Positions 21,236-33,326 of a stretch of 64,000 bases of DNA are shown piece after piece. Origin of the DNA: a virus; IMG/VR virus record IMGVR_UViG_3300020472_001862, positions 32,001-96,000 of that record. One strand, given 5' to 3'. A program made the translations under genes and the position numbers. Below the pieces are notes generated by a model, which made no database searches, was not told the origin of the DNA, and was given only the letters and a program-made list of their open reading frames with translations. Each line of letters starts with the position of its first letter. Position 1 is the stretch's first letter.

Positions 21236-24200
21236 ATGGCATTAAATTTAAATACATCACCATACTACGACGATTTTAGCGACGACAAAAGATTTCATCG
21301 CGTTTTGTTTAAGCCTGGCGTAGCGGTACAAGCTCGAGAGCTAACTCAACTACAAACAATCTTACAAGATCAATTAGATAAAGGATTTGGTTTTGTAATA
21401 CAAGAAGGCGCAGTTATAACAGGTTGCGCAGAATCTACAGAGTCTGTTAATTGGATTAAAGTCAACGATACAGACGCAGCAGCAGCGGCAATAGACAATA
21501 CAACACTTGTTAATTATGTAGGAAAGGAAATTGTAGGTGGTACATCAGGATTGCAAGCAAGAATTATTGGTACAGAAACAGGAACAGTAGGAGCAGCACC
21601 TAATCTAAAAACACTTTATCTTAAATATTTAAATACAGATTCAACTTATAGTAATTTTACATCAGGCGAAACCTTAAGTGTTTATACAGCTAATGAAGGT
21701 CCTGGTAATTCAGCAACAGACTTAAACGGTTTTACTTTTGTTGTAAACAATCTAACAGGTAATAATTTTACAGCCAAATATTACGGAGCAACAAACAAAG
21801 TTACATTACAGCCTGGCATTATATATGCTCGAGGCTCTTTTATTAAAACAGATAAAATATCTTGTTTGGTAGATAAGTATAATGAACTACTACCGAAAAA
21901 TGTAGGATTTGTTGTTGAAGAATCTGTTGCAGGAGCAGCCACAGATTCCTCTTTATTAGATCCTGCACAAGGCTCATTTAACTATAATGCACCTGGTTCA
22001 GACAGACTTAAATTTACAGTAACATTAAAAGCTTTTGGTACAGCAGAAACAAAACCAGAAAACTTTTATACATACGCACACTTTGAAGAAGGAGCTATAC
22101 AAAGAATAAGTCTTAAAGACAGTCCATTACATGGCGTAGGTAATATATTAGCAAATAGAACTTATGACGAATCTGGAAACTATCTTGTTAAAGGTAATAC
22201 TGTTTCGTTAAGAGAACATTTAAACGAAAATAATAACGGTGGTATATACACAGCAGGCAACGGTGGTTCTAAAGATGCGTTAATGATACAAGTAGATCCT
22301 GGTGTATCTTATGTAGGCGGACACAAAAGAGAATTATTAAGCTCTAAGCGTATTCCTTTTATGAAACCTTCATTGTCTATTACAAAAGAATCACAACCAA
22401 TATCAACATCTTATGGCAATTATGTTTTAATAGATAATTTAACAGGCACATTTGATGTAGATGGTGGTGAGAAAATAGATCTATATAACAACACAGCAGG
22501 AGCCGGCGGAGCAGGTAGTAAAATTGGAGAGGCAAAAGTAAGGCAATTAGTTTACGAAAGTGGAACTATTGGAGCTACAGCAGCGCAATACAGATTATAT
22601 CTATACGATATCCAAATGCTTAGTGGAGATTTTACAGCAATTAAAAGTGTAGATTTTAATAACGGAGAAACTTGGGGCGGTGTAGGTAATACAGTTCTTG
22701 AAAGTAGTGTAACTGTATTGAAAGAAAGTAAGGTAAACAAACTAGTTTATAGATTGCCATTTAAAAATATTAAAACATTAAAAGCAGAGGCAGGCGATAC
22801 ATACGATTACACATTCCAATACCAAAAAGAATTTAATGTTGAATTAGATGCTTCATCTGGTGCTGCAAGTATAACACTTTCAGGCAATGAAACTTTCCCT
22901 TATTCAGGAACACTAACAGATACACAAAAACGAGATTTTATAGCAGTAGCAAAAGTAGGATTTACACAAAACTCTGCTGCCGTAGCAGCAGGGGAGTATA
23001 TAGATTTAACATCAGCAAATAGTAACGCAACAGTTACAGTTACAAACTCACAATCTATAGAAATAGATTTAGGAGGAGCAGTTACAGGAACAGGTACAAT
23101 AAGAGTATATGCACCCGTCCAAGTAGCAGATGCTAATCCAATTGCTAAGACGCTTAACACATCACAATATGTTAAAATAGATACAGGTACACATGTTGCA
23201 GGAACAACAGGTGAATATAATTTAGGTGTAGTAGATTTATATAAAATAGAATCAATTACAGCCGGAACAAATTCAGACTATTCAACAGGCCAAGTAAATG
23301 TAACATCAGACTTTAGATCTATTACAGGCCAAGAAGATAGTTATTACGGACAAGCAAAAATATTCCAAAAATCTACAAGCACTTTAAATCTTACAACAAA
23401 TAGATATATTGTTGTTAAATTTTCTGTATTTTCAAATACTGTTTCAGGACCTTCATTTGCTTGTTTAGATAGTTATCCAGTAGATGATACTGCAAGTCCA
23501 GCATCAGGAACAATTAGAACAGAGAATGTTCCGTTATATAATTCTCAAAAATACGGAGAATTTAATTTAAGAGATTGTGTAGACTTCCGTCCTTATGTAA
23601 CTAATACAGCAACACTTACAGGAACATTAGGAAGTGCTACAGTTAATCCAACAAACGATAAATTAATCAATAAGCCAGGACAAGGATTAAGTAATCCTCT
23701 TCCAACAAAAACATTTAGCACAGATTTAAAATATTATCAAGGCAAAAAACTTAGATTAGTATTAGACTTTGATGGCGAATATAGAATAGTAGAAGGCACA
23801 TATTCAGATAATCCTACTATGCCAGCAGAGCCATCCAAAGCAATGACAATGGCACTAATTGATTTACCACCTTATCCAAGTTTATCTCCTCAATCAGGTA
23901 AACTAGCAGGAAGACTAGACTATACAGCTAGCATTAAAAATGTATCTCAGAAACGATTTACAATGAAAGAGATTGGTGGTTTAGAACAAAGAATTAAAAA
24001 TTTAGAATACTATGCCTCACTTAATTTATTAGAAACTTTTGCTAAAGATCAAACTATTGTAAACAGTAGTGGTGTTGATAGATTTAAAAATGGTATCCTA
24101 GTAGATCCTTTTACGGGACATAATGTAGGTTCAGTATTAGATCCCAATTATAGAATTTCAATTGATCCTAAATTAAAACATGCTAGGCCGTTCTTTGTAC

Positions 24201-27200
24201 TTGAAAATATTAGAACTCAATTGTTCCAAAATATTTCAAATACAGCAACATACTCAGGCACAGCTTTAAGACTAACAGGTAGCACAATAACTGCCCCTTA
24301 CAATACAAGAATTTTAACAGAACAACAACAAGCATCTCAGACTGAGAACTTAGTTAAAGAACTTACATTCCACTGGAGTGGAGACATGGTCCTTACACCA
24401 GATGTAGACAACTTTGTAGACACATCAGTACAACCAGCAGTTAATAGAAACTTTGACGGTAACTATGACGCTTGGGAAAACATGGCAAATGCTTGGGGAA
24501 CACAATGGGGCTCTTGGGAAGACTCAGGTGCAGCAAATGTAACTAGTTCTACAGAATCTATAAATGGTTTTGGAACAAATGGAACAGGAGGCGCACTTGC
24601 TACATTTACAACAACCACAACAGAACAAACACAAGTAAGACAAGGCATCGGCTTAGATGTTTCAGCAGGAACAGAAACACAATCATTAGGAAACAAAATC
24701 GTTGATGTGGCATTCGCTCCATTTATGAAAAGCCAATTAATTATTGCAGAAGCTAGCAGACTGAAACCTAATACAAGAGTTTATCCATTCTTTGATGGAG
24801 AAGATGTATCAACAAATTGTACATTGCAAGATGGCTCAACTACAAATTTAACAACAGACAATAATGGTGGTATTGTAGTTAGATTTACATTGCCTACAGA
24901 AAGATTTAAAACAGGACAAAGAGTATTTAAACTTATAGACGATGTAAATAACCAAGATAAAACAGCTAAAACTTCTGCTAATGCTATATTTGAATCCTCA
25001 GGTTTCATACAACAGAAACAAGACACTATATTAGGATTTAAAACAGCTAACATATCATCTACAGCATTTTCAGATAGTCGGGTAGTAACAGATACTAGTT
25101 TGGAATATACTATAGGAACAGGAGCACCTTTACCACCTCCACCGGCACCAGTTATTATTAACAATCCTCCGGTAGAGATTATAACAATACAACCTGTTCC
25201 AGTACCCGTACCACAGGTTGTATTAACTAATCCACCTGATCCTAGTTTACCAGCTGGTTGGCCTCCAACTTCGTCTTTAACGACAACAGCGGCGCCAGTA
25301 ACAACAACTGTATCACCACCAGTAACAACAACAGTTAGAGTGACACCGGTGGTAACAGATCCACCTATACCAGACTGGCCACCTTCAACACCACCCCCAT
25401 TTGATCCACCGATATTAACTCCAGTGGTTACACAGGCACCGGCACCGAATACTGTTCCGTGGAATCCTGGTTTCCCTATAAGAGGATTAGGAACAGGAGG
25501 TTGGCCAAGTTTTGTTGTTGATATAGGAGCATCAGTTAACGCTCTTATATTACCAGACATACAAATACCAGCAACTCCACCTCCACCAGAGCCAGAACCA
25601 ATAGTAATGGATTTTGAAACACCTGAATTAGACTTTGGTGAGAACTTTGGATGGCGAGGACGAGGAAGAGGTTTCATGAACTTTGGCCGTGATCCTTTAG
25701 CACAAACATTTACAGTTACCGGTATGCCTGGAGGCGTCTTTGTTACAGATATAGATCTTTATTTTAAAACCAAACCAGCATCAGGAGCTAATGGTGTGGT
25801 AATGGAAGTTAGAGAAGTTATTAACGGCGTACCAGGACCTCGTATTGTACCTAATGGACAGAAAAAAGTTTTAAGAACTCGTATTAATACTTCAACAGAA
25901 TCTGGTGGAGTGACATCATTTGTTCCTACTAAATTCTTATTCGATAATCCAGTATATTTACAAAATGACACAGAGTATTGTTTTGTTCCTAAACCAGAAA
26001 ATGACGAAGAAGGTTATGATTTATTTATTTCTCAACTCGGAGAGAACCAAATTGGAACAACAGAAAGAATTACTAAACAACCACACGGTGGTATGATGTT
26101 TAGTTCTGCTAATGACAGAACATGGTCGCCTAATCAGTCACAGGATTTAATGTTTAGAATTAATAGAGCAAACTTTAAGTTAGGAACAACAACAGGAAAA
26201 CTGGCAAACGAAAACTTAGATTGGATTAAATTTAGTTCTACAAGCACAGGCGAAGATATTACATGGGCACCAGGTAACTTTATACACGGATTCCACACAA
26301 CATCAGTAACAGCAGGAGCAGGATATACAAGTGCACCAACAGTAAGTGTAAGCAACACAGGTACAAATGGAACAGGTTTTGCTGCTACAGCTACAATTAG
26401 TGGTGGAGCAGTAACAGGTATTACAGTTACAAATCCTGGAACAGGATATACAACTGCACCAACTCTTACATTAACAGGCGGAGGGTTTAGTACACAGGGA
26501 GCAGTAACAATACAACTTAAAAAAGGATTAATAGAAAACTATAATGCTTTAGATAAGCAGTTAACAGTAAACAGACAAGGAGACATAGCTCCATTCTTAG
26601 TAGGAGATGTTATAGGTAATGCAGATGGTTATGCAACTATAGGTTCATTTACAGATAAAATAGTTAATGAAGTAGCATTAAACGGAGCCAATATTTTACC
26701 TTCAGTTAACACAACACTATTATCTAGAATAGCAATTAACGAAACAAGTGCAGCCTCAGCAGTAGGTGCAGATGGTGTAGCAGAAGTATATACAGATATA
26801 GATTTTAATGTTACAACAAAATTAGAAAAAGAACATACGCTTTACAGTAGATCAAATGAATTGCAATCAACAGCAGCAGGCGGTTATGCTAATAATAAAA
26901 CAGCATTAGTTGATTTACAATTTACTACACAGCAAGAAAATGTTAGTCCAGTTATAACAATGGAACAAATGGATTTATTGTGTATCGCTAATAGCGTAAA
27001 CAACGATGCTACAAATGAAGATACACGATATAAAGGAAACGCTTCTTCTCGGTATATTACAAGAAGGGTTGTGTTGGAAGACGGCCAGGATGCAGAAGAT
27101 CTAGAAGTATATCTAGATGCCGCTATTCCAACAGAAGGAAGTTTAAAAGTTTACGGTAAAATGATGAATTCCGCAGACGAATCTAACTTCCAAGATGATT

Positions 27201-27679
27201 TAGGTTGGGTAGAGTTATCATCACAAGTTAGCCCATTTGAATCAACAGAAGATTTTGCAGAATATAAATTTAAAATACCAGCTAAAGGTTCTAACGCAGC
27301 AGGACTAAATGGTAGTATATTTGAATATGATGTGAAATCAGTGGCAAGTATTGCTGCTACTGCAGGATCAGGATATACAAGTGTTCCTACAGTTACTATA
27401 ACAGGTGGCGGTGGTTATGGAGCAACAGCAGTTGCATCCATTAACGGAAGTAACCAAATTTCCGCAATAACGGTTACAAATCCTGGAAGAGAATATACTT
27501 CCACACCAACAGTTACTATATCGGGTGGCGGTGGTACAGGTGGCGGTGGTACGCCAACTATAGGTACTGTTACACATTCAGGCTTTAAAACCTTTGCGGT
27601 TAAGGTTGTGCCTTTAAGTACTACAACATCTAAAGTTCCGTTCTTTAAGGACTTAAGAGCAATAGCGTTGCAGGCGTAA
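21236..27679 (+). CDS. Large virion structural protein (VrlC/DUF4815-like)
   Basis: [59 protein letters not shown] end. Confidence 0.88.
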   Translation: MALNLNTSPYYDDFSDDKRFHRVLFKPGVAVQARELTQLQTILQDQLDKGFGFVIQEGAVITGCAESTESVNWIKVNDTDAAAAAIDNTTLVNYVGKEIVGGTSGLQARIIGTETGTVGAAPNLKTLYLKYLNTDSTYSNFTSGETLSVYTANEGPGNSATDLNGFTFVVNNLTGNNFTAKYYGATNKVTLQPGIIYARGSFIKTDKISCLVDKYNELLPKNVGFVVEESVAGAATDSSLLDPAQGSFNYNAPGSDRLKFTVTLKAFGTAETKPENFYTYAHFEEGAIQRISLKDSPLHGVGNILANRTYDESGNYLVKGNTVSLREHLNENNNGGIYTAGNGGSKDALMIQVDPGVSYVGGHKRELLSSKRIPFMKPSLSITKESQPISTSYGNYVLIDNLTGTFDVDGGEKIDLYNNTAGAGGAGSKIGEAKVRQLVYESGTIGATAAQYRLYLYDIQMLSGDFTAIKSVDFNNGETWGGVGNTVLESSVTVLKESKVNKLVYRLPFKNIKTLKAEAGDTYDYTFQYQKEFNVELDASSGAASITLSGNETFPYSGTLTDTQKRDFIAVAKVGFTQNSAAVAAGEYIDLTSANSNATVTVTNSQSIEIDLGGAVTGTGTIRVYAPVQVADANPIAKTLNTSQYVKIDTGTHVAGTTGEYNLGVVDLYKIESITAGTNSDYSTGQVNVTSDFRSITGQEDSYYGQAKIFQKSTSTLNLTTNRYIVVKFSVFSNTVSGPSFACLDSYPVDDTASPASGTIRTENVPLYNSQKYGEFNLRDCVDFRPYVTNTATLTGTLGSATVNPTNDKLINKPGQGLSNPLPTKTFSTDLKYYQGKKLRLVLDFDGEYRIVEGTYSDNPTMPAEPSKAMTMALIDLPPYPSLSPQSGKLAGRLDYTASIKNVSQKRFTMKEIGGLEQRIKNLEYYASLNLLETFAKDQTIVNSSGVDRFKNGILVDPFTGHNVGSVLDPNYRISIDPKLKHARPFFVLENIRTQLFQNISNTATYSGTALRLTGSTITAPYNTRILTEQQQASQTENLVKELTFHWSGDMVLTPDVDNFVDTSVQPAVNRNFDGNYDAWENMANAWGTQWGSWEDSGAANVTSSTESINGFGTNGTGGALATFTTTTTEQTQVRQGIGLDVSAGTETQSLGNKIVDVAFAPFMKSQLIIAEASRLKPNTRVYPFFDGEDVSTNCTLQDGSTTNLTTDNNGGIVVRFTLPTERFKTGQRVFKLIDDVNNQDKTAKTSANAIFESSGFIQQKQDTILGFKTANISSTAFSDSRVVTDTSLEYTIGTGAPLPPPPAPVIINNPPVEIITIQPVPVPVPQVVLTNPPDPSLPAGWPPTSSLTTTAAPVTTTVSPPVTTTVRVTPVVTDPPIPDWPPSTPPPFDPPILTPVVTQAPAPNTVPWNPGFPIRGLGTGGWPSFVVDIGASVNALILPDIQIPATPPPPEPEPIVMDFETPELDFGENFGWRGRGRGFMNFGRDPLAQTFTVTGMPGGVFVTDIDLYFKTKPASGANGVVMEVREVINGVPGPRIVPNGQKKVLRTRINTSTESGGVTSFVPTKFLFDNPVYLQNDTEYCFVPKPENDEEGYDLFISQLGENQIGTTERITKQPHGGMMFSSANDRTWSPNQSQDLMFRINRANFKLGTTTGKLANENLDWIKFSSTSTGEDITWAPGNFIHGFHTTSVTAGAGYTSAPTVSVSNTGTNGTGFAATATISGGAVTGITVTNPGTGYTTAPTLTLTGGGFSTQGAVTIQLKKGLIENYNALDKQLTVNRQGDIAPFLVGDVIGNADGYATIGSFTDKIVNEVALNGANILPSVNTTLLSRIAINETSAASAVGADGVAEVYTDIDFNVTTKLEKEHTLYSRSNELQSTAAGGYANNKTALVDLQFTTQQENVSPVITMEQMDLLCIANSVNNDATNEDTRYKGNASSRYITRRVVLEDGQDAEDLEVYLDAAIPTEGSLKVYGKMMNSADESNFQDDLGWVELSSQVSPFESTEDFAEYKFKIPAKGSNAAGLNGSIFEYDVKSVASIAATAGSGYTSVPTVTITGGGGYGATAVASINGSNQISAITVTNPGREYTSTPTVTISGGGGTGGGGTPTIGTVTHSGFKTFAVKVVPLSTTTSKVPFFKDLRAIALQA

Positions 27680-27691
27680 GGAGTTAGAACG

Positions 27692-27922
27692 ATGACAAAC
27701 TTACCCAACGGACTTATAAATATAGAGGGAGAACGAGATTTAGTTAGAGATCGTAATTCCAAAGCCTTACTCAATACAAACAATGAAAGTCTTAAAGCAT
27801 ATAAAATCAAAAGAAATGCAAATCTTAAGATCCTAGAGTATGAAAATGATATAAATACTTTAAAGACAGAAATTGTTGAGATAAGAAAAACATTAGAAAT
27901 TTTAGTCAACAAAATTACATAG
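27692..27922 (+). CDS. Small coiled-coil protein after VrlC
   Basis: LVRD..SKALLN followed by a heptad C-terminus; AAGGAG SD. Confidence 0.75.
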   Translation: MTNLPNGLINIEGERDLVRDRNSKALLNTNNESLKAYKIKRNANLKILEYENDINTLKTEIVEIRKTLEILVNKIT

Positions 27923-27930
27923 GAAGATAA

Positions 27931-28461
27931 ATGGCAACTTTAACATTAAGATCAGCAAAAGGTAGTCCTCTTACGAATAATGAGGTTGACGCTAACTTTA
28001 CCAATCTTAATACTGACAAATACGAATCAGGAAACAATGCCGTATTCGGTACAGTTTCAGGTACGACGATTAGTGCTACAAGTGTTGCAACAACTGGCGC
28101 ATTAAGTGTAGGAGGTTCTTCTACATTAAGTGCAACAACAGCAGTCTCAGCAGCAGGTAGTGATTTGGCAGGAGCTACAGCCTTAACGAAATCATATAAT
28201 ATAGTTACAACAGCTACAGCTAACCAAGGAGTTTCACTTCCTGATTGTGCAGCTGGTTTAGAAACATTTATATTAAATGATACCGCAGTAAATTTAAAAG
28301 TATACCCTATATCAGGAGAAACTATTGATGGTGGTGGCAGTGGCGTAGCAGTAGATTTGGCACCAGGGCATTCATTGAAACTGGTGGGAGTAAGCGCAAC
28401 AAAATGGAACAGGTTAAGCCCTGTTATCATTTACAATTCATCAGGAACAAGAGTAAACTAA
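27931..28461 (+). CDS. Tail-fibre adaptor/structural protein
   Basis: N-terminal LR..KGSPLT..EVD.NF.NL fibre-attachment motif; TATAAATA at 27850-27857 upstream. Confidence 0.7.
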   Translation: MATLTLRSAKGSPLTNNEVDANFTNLNTDKYESGNNAVFGTVSGTTISATSVATTGALSVGGSSTLSATTAVSAAGSDLAGATALTKSYNIVTTATANQGVSLPDCAAGLETFILNDTAVNLKVYPISGETIDGGGSGVAVDLAPGHSLKLVGVSATKWNRLSPVIIYNSSGTRVN

Positions 28462-28473
28462 GGAAACGGGATA

Positions 28474-29760
28474 ATGAGACCACTAAGAATTAAAGCATCA
28501 GGTAGTCCTGTTAGTTCCAGTAACATTCAAGGGTTACAGGAAATGACAGATACTGAGATAGAGCAGTATTATAGTGCAATACTTACAAAAGATTTCGCAG
28601 ATAATCATGACGGCACAAATACTGGGGAAATTAATATTGGTGGCTCAGGAACAACTATTGGCACAGCAACAGATACAAAAAGAGATGACGCAGTAGGAAC
28701 ACACCCTACAGACGGAGCATCTTCTACAGTTACTACTTACACAGCTAAACAAGTAGAAACAACAGTATCTGAAAGTATTACTAACAGACCTATAGGTTAT
28801 GTATCATCTGGTACAGTAGGTGTACACGAGTTCGATGATACAGAATTAGACTCAGATATTCTAGATAAAGTAGCTGATGATTTTGTTGCACAAGGAAACT
28901 ATACAATAGGACAGTATTCATTAAACGCATCTACACCTGCAGGTGGTACATGGACATCTAGATATACATTAACAGATACACAGGTAGATGGCACAACTGC
29001 TAACATGTACATTTGGCAAAAAACAACTGCTACAACAGCAGCTGCAACAGATTACAAACCTCTTAAAGTTAAAGATAGTGGCGCAGGTATACAGGAAATG
29101 ACTGTTGCAGAGATTGAACAACAAATGCCTAACTTTAGAAACTATATTATTTCTAGTGGTAAAGGTAAATATGTTTTACAGGCATCAGCACCTGGTTCAG
29201 GTACTTGGGTTCAACAAGGAGACACAGGCGGGTTTACAGACACTAAGAAAGATGTAGCATCACAAAACTACACAGGCGCTTATTCAGGAAGTTATACAGG
29301 TGGCTATACTGGTGGTTATACTGGAGCTAAAAATTACGCAGGAAACTACACAGGCGCTAAAAATTACGCAGGAAGTTATGTAGGAACCTCAGGTTATTCA
29401 GGTACATACACAGGAACATCTGGATATTCAGGCACTTACTCGGGCGCTTATACAGGTACTTACGCAGCAGATTACTCAGGTTACGCAGGAACATCTTACT
29501 CAGGAGATTACACAGGTTCATATACAGGATCATATACAGGCGCTAAAAACTACACAGGATATTATACAGGCGCTAAAACATATGGTGGAACCTATACAGG
29601 TACATCTGCTTACGCAGGTACATACACAGGAACATCTGCTTACTCAGGTACATATTCAGGTACATACACAGGTTATTATTCCGGTACATACGCAGGTGAT
29701 ACAATACAAAGTTCAAGCTCAACGGCCAGTACGGTAAAATTGTGGTTAAGAACTGCTTAA
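28474..29760 (+). CDS. Putative virion protein with internal duplication and C-terminal Y-x-G repeat array
   Basis: Repeated (R/K)PL…QEMT..EI module and about 30 Y(T/S/A)G units. Confidence 0.75.
   Translation: MRPLRIKASGSPVSSSNIQGLQEMTDTEIEQYYSAILTKDFADNHDGTNTGEINIGGSGTTIGTATDTKRDDAVGTHPTDGASSTVTTYTAKQVETTVSESITNRPIGYVSSGTVGVHEFDDTELDSDILDKVADDFVAQGNYTIGQYSLNASTPAGGTWTSRYTLTDTQVDGTTANMYIWQKTTATTAAATDYKPLKVKDSGAGIQEMTVAEIEQQMPNFRNYIISSGKGKYVLQASAPGSGTWVQQGDTGGFTDTKKDVASQNYTGAYSGSYTGGYTGGYTGAKNYAGNYTGAKNYAGSYVGTSGYSGTYTGTSGYSGTYSGAYTGTYAADYSGYAGTSYSGDYTGSYTGSYTGAKNYTGYYTGAKTYGGTYTGTSAYAGTYTGTSAYSGTYSGTYTGYYSGTYAGDTIQSSSSTASTVKLWLRTA
29269..29697 (+). repeat. Coding repeat array of 12- and 18-nt units (Y-x-G-x[-x-x])
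   Basis: Recurrent TAY-ACA/TCA/GCA-GGN units. Confidence 0.9.
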
Positions 29761-29767
29761 TTAGCAG

Positions 29768-29775
29768 TATAAATA
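29768..29775 (+). promoter_or_regulatory. T4 late promoter
   Basis: Intergenic exact TATAAATA upstream of the GGAG SD and ATG 29797. Confidence 0.85.
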
Positions 29776-29796
29776 AACTTACATTATGGAGATATT

Positions 29797-30306
29797 ATGG
29801 CAAAGAAGAAGGCTACACCTTTAAAACTTGAAATTGATCCTACAGAAGTTACAACTGTAGAAGAAACCCCCAAAGAAAAGAAATTTAAATATGTTGCTCC
29901 TTATTGGTCTAATAAAGAGCGTAAGCATATCGTTGTTACTTTAGAATATACTGACGGTAGAAGAGCAACAGCATCTGTCCAAGACATGGACGGAACAAAT
30001 CCAGACTACAAAGCAATATTAGAAGAATTTGGTGAAGAGCAACTCGATAAAAATACAGAAGAAGGTGTTAGACGAAGAGACGAAAATATTAAAAAGAGAC
30101 TTCAAAGAAAAGAAACAGAGGCAGTTCGTGCCAAACAAGAACAATTATTCGGTGCTAAGCTACAAGCATTTGAAATAGAGGCAGTTAAAGACTCTTCTAA
30201 TATAGAATTAAAAAGACTAATTCGTAAAGCTAAATCTCCAATGGAAGTTACAGCCTATACAACTATATTATTAATGGAGTCATTGGATGAACAAAATAAA
30301 TCCTGA
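29797..30306 (+). CDS. Hypothetical protein (possibly fibre-assembly chaperone)
   Basis: 169-aa ORF after the repeat protein. The P.WSN.E…I.V motif is reminiscent of fibre assembly proteins (weak). Confidence 0.55.
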   Translation: MAKKKATPLKLEIDPTEVTTVEETPKEKKFKYVAPYWSNKERKHIVVTLEYTDGRRATASVQDMDGTNPDYKAILEEFGEEQLDKNTEEGVRRRDENIKKRLQRKETEAVRAKQEQLFGAKLQAFEIEAVKDSSNIELKRLIRKAKSPMEVTAYTTILLMESLDEQNKS

Positions 30307-31036
30307 AGAATTTCCTGAGAACGGTTTTGTAATTGTAGCATCCAAACATGAAAGGTTCTATAAAGCAGCTTTAGAGTGTGCAGAGTCAGTAAAATTATTT
30401 TATCCTGAAGCACACATTACACTATTTACAGATCATGAAGAATGGGTTAAACCCACTGATTGGAATATAGCAGACTATATTATAACATGGGAAGTGCCTA
30501 AACATATAAGAGCTAAACTATGGGCTCTGTCGCAAACACCATACAAAGGCAAAACATGTTATTTAGATGCCGATATGTTATGTCAACATGAAGATATAGA
30601 ATTTGTATTTGATCAACTAACAGATGATTTAGATTTAATTTTTACAAAAATTAGGCCATACAATGCTAAAGTAACAAAGTTATCTAACACAGAAGAAATG
30701 ACAATGCACTGTGGAATGTTTGTCTATAGAAATAATCCTCAGACTATTAAGTTAATGGAATCTTGGTATGGAGAATATTTAAAACAAACAGAGCAAACAG
30801 TAGATGCAAAATATGTACATGACATAGGTGGTTATCCTGATGATGTTAGACAATGGGACACTTTTACAATGTGGAAACTTTTAACATATTCAGATCACGG
30901 TGTTAAGTGGGGAGAAGATATGCCTGTTCGTTGGAACTTTATTAATGGCCACATGTATGAAGAACTAGAAGGAGATGAGATTGTTATGTGGCATTACTCT
31001 ATCCCATCTCACGAAATATATTTAAAGAAAAAATGA
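30287..31036 (+). CDS. GT-A fold glycosyltransferase / nucleotide-sugar transferase
   Basis: ITLFTD, KLWAL..TPY…YLDAD (DxD), CGMFVY, WD, RWN, H. Confidence 0.8.
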   Translation: MNKINPEEFPENGFVIVASKHERFYKAALECAESVKLFYPEAHITLFTDHEEWVKPTDWNIADYIITWEVPKHIRAKLWALSQTPYKGKTCYLDADMLCQHEDIEFVFDQLTDDLDLIFTKIRPYNAKVTKLSNTEEMTMHCGMFVYRNNPQTIKLMESWYGEYLKQTEQTVDAKYVHDIGGYPDDVRQWDTFTMWKLLTYSDHGVKWGEDMPVRWNFINGHMYEELEGDEIVMWHYSIPSHEIYLKKK

Positions 31037-31680
31037 TTTGGACTGAAATATCAGATGAAGTAAAAGAAATGTTGGAGCCGTATTCAGAGTGGTTCTTTAG
31101 ACAAGATTTGGCTCCATTAAATAAATTAGCAGAAGACAATCCTAAAAATACAGATACAATGGAAAACGCTTGTTCCAGAGCGTACCTAGATGAAATAGTT
31201 TTAGCAGACGGGCGACATGAAGGCTACCCAGAAATTTCATATAGTTATGATTTAAAAGCAGGCAATATACCTGGTGAGTTTCAAGAAAAATATCAGACAC
31301 TATCTACAGAACTATGTACATGGTTGGGAGCTCGCAACGAGGCTGTCCATGTATACTATCCTAAGAATGGATTCATGAGTTGGCATAATAATTGGAATGC
31401 ACATGGATACAACATACTATTATCCTATACAGAAAACGGCGGTGGGTTCTTTAAATATAGAGATCCATTAACACATGAAGTCGTTGAAATGCTAGATCCA
31501 GGTGGCTGGTCTTGTAAGGTAGGATACTATGGCAGGGGTAGAGAACCAGATAAAGTATACTATCATTGTGCTGGAACACACGAACCTCGCCTCACATTAG
31601 GGTTCGTTATCCCTAATATTGACCTGTGGAGATGTATGATTGAAGATATCTCAGGAAAAGATGCTTCACATCTTTCCTAA
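31033..31680 (+). CDS. Putative 2OG-Fe(II)/cupin-fold oxygenase-like protein
   Basis: YP..GFMSWHNN…YHCAGT..RLTLGF (H-x-N…H…R); ATGA-coupled to the GT gene. Confidence 0.55.
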   Translation: MIWTEISDEVKEMLEPYSEWFFRQDLAPLNKLAEDNPKNTDTMENACSRAYLDEIVLADGRHEGYPEISYSYDLKAGNIPGEFQEKYQTLSTELCTWLGARNEAVHVYYPKNGFMSWHNNWNAHGYNILLSYTENGGGFFKYRDPLTHEVVEMLDPGGWSCKVGYYGRGREPDKVYYHCAGTHEPRLTLGFVIPNIDLWRCMIEDISGKDASHLS

Positions 31681-31697
31681 ACCCTTGTTCTTACAGT

Positions 31698-31757
31698 AAA
31701 AAAGATTTCAAAAAACCCTAAAAAATGCTTGATTTATGGTTCGTAAGAGTGCATAAT
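31698..31757 (+). promoter_or_regulatory. Sigma70-type early promoter with phased A-tract UP region
   Basis: TTGATT(31729)-17 bp-CATAAT(31752); A6 tracts at about 31698, 31710 and 31720. Confidence 0.75.
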
Positions 31758-31788
31758 GTATGTATATTAAATAAAAAGTGAGGACTTT

Positions 31789-32220
31789 ATGATACTAGAT
31801 AACACAGTAATAATAGCAGGCGAGACGGTTAACAAAGAAAGATGGGGCATGGCAGCACATCACGATGAGAACAAAACTTTTACAGGTGATGTTTTATACA
31901 AAAACCAAATAAGAACAGCACCAAGTGGTTATTCTTATGATAATTCCATTGAAACAAAATTCCAAGATACAGCTCAAGTAGATGGGCTTACAGTTTGGAA
32001 ATCAAATGGTGAAGTTCCATTCGCAGACATGTTATTAGACTTTGTACAAATTGGTGCAATTACTTTGGAACAAGCAGAGTTCTCACTAATACAAAAACAA
32101 AAAGATCAAAGCGCAAGTCTTGATACTTTGTTTAGAGCAGACGACGGCAACATTTACTTAGGTGAAGGTGCCCTAGACTATAGAGACGAAAGACTAGCAA
32201 AAATAGCGGAGGCAGCGTAA
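31789..32220 (+). CDS. Hypothetical early protein
   Basis: 143-aa ORF with GAGGA SD behind the sigma70 promoter. Confidence 0.75.
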   Translation: MILDNTVIIAGETVNKERWGMAAHHDENKTFTGDVLYKNQIRTAPSGYSYDNSIETKFQDTAQVDGLTVWKSNGEVPFADMLLDFVQIGAITLEQAEFSLIQKQKDQSASLDTLFRADDGNIYLGEGALDYRDERLAKIAEAA

Positions 32221-33326
32221 TGATATTTCCTTTACCAACACTTTACAAAAGAGACACGAACGGAAACATTCGTGAACTAACAGTTGAATATTCTAATGGT
32301 GTGATGAATGCTACTAGAACTATTGCTGGAATTAAAGACGGCAACTTAGTTACAAGTGGCTGGAAAGATGCTGTAGGCAAGAACACAGGCAAAGCAAATG
32401 CTACTACAGATGCTGAACAAGCACAAAAAGAAGCACAAGCAATGTGGGATAAAAAAGTAGAAAAAGAATACTTCGAAGATATTTCCAAGATTGATACTTA
32501 TGATAAGTTCAAGCCAATGTTAGCTCATGACTATACAAAAAGGCCACAGTCTAGTGGTATTAGTCAACCTAAGTTAGATGGTATTAGATGTATTGCAAGG
32601 AAAGATGGACTTTACACAAGAGCAGGTAAAGCAATCACAACATGCGATCATATACATTTTGAGTTACAAGCATTCTTTGTACAATATCCTGATGCTATTT
32701 TAGATGGTGAACTTTACAATCACGAACTAAAAGATGACTTCAACAAAATTACAAGTCTAGTTCGTAAAATAAAACCTACTCCAGAAGAGGCAGCAGAATG
32801 TCAAAAACTTGTTGAGTATCATGTTTATGATTGTCCTTACTGGGGCAGAGGTTTAGCTGAAACTACTCTAGACAGAATAAGTTTTATAGAAGATCAAGAG
32901 TTTGAAAGTCCTGTAGTTACAGTTCAAACATCAGTATGTGAAAATCAAGAAGAGTTAGATGCTTTGTATTCACAATACACAGAAGATGGTTACGAAGGCC
33001 AAATGATTCGTAACAATGCCGCTTACGAAAACAAAAGAAGTAAGAACTTACTTAAAAGAAAAGAGTTCATTACAGAAGAGTTTGATGTTGTAGAAGTATT
33101 AGAAGGCTCAGGTAATTGGGCAGGATATGCTAAACACTTTGTTCTTACAGACGGAACAGAAACATTTAAGAGTGGTGTTAGAGGTAATCAAGCAACACTT
33201 AAAGCTCTACTAGAACAAGAAGAGAAACCTACTTGGGTAACATGTAGATTTTTTGAAAGGTCAGTAGATAACATTCCTAGATTCCCGGTTGTAATTGATT
33301 GGGGTGTAGGTAAGAGGATAGACTAA
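32220..33326 (+). CDS. ATP-dependent DNA ligase
   Basis: PMLA, motif I QPKLDGIRC, LDGELY, YHVYD, EGQMIR, KRS.NLLK.K, PRFP. Confidence 0.95.
   Translation: MIFPLPTLYKRDTNGNIRELTVEYSNGVMNATRTIAGIKDGNLVTSGWKDAVGKNTGKANATTDAEQAQKEAQAMWDKKVEKEYFEDISKIDTYDKFKPMLAHDYTKRPQSSGISQPKLDGIRCIARKDGLYTRAGKAITTCDHIHFELQAFFVQYPDAILDGELYNHELKDDFNKITSLVRKIKPTPEEAAECQKLVEYHVYDCPYWGRGLAETTLDRISFIEDQEFESPVVTVQTSVCENQEELDALYSQYTEDGYEGQMIRNNAAYENKRSKNLLKRKEFITEEFDVVEVLEGSGNWAGYAKHFVLTDGTETFKSGVRGNQATLKALLEQEEKPTWVTCRFFERSVDNIPRFPVVIDWGVGKRID

Noticed and set aside
24781-25677. 298-aa Gly-rich minus-strand ORF
   Set aside because: Mirror of the Pro-rich insert in VrlC; no independent expression signals.
29269-29697. 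Repeat array as possible CRISPR or DGR template/variable repeat
   Set aside because: Units are codon-phased and degenerate at third positions with no spacers; no reverse transcriptase or adenine-specific repeat pair was seen in the window.
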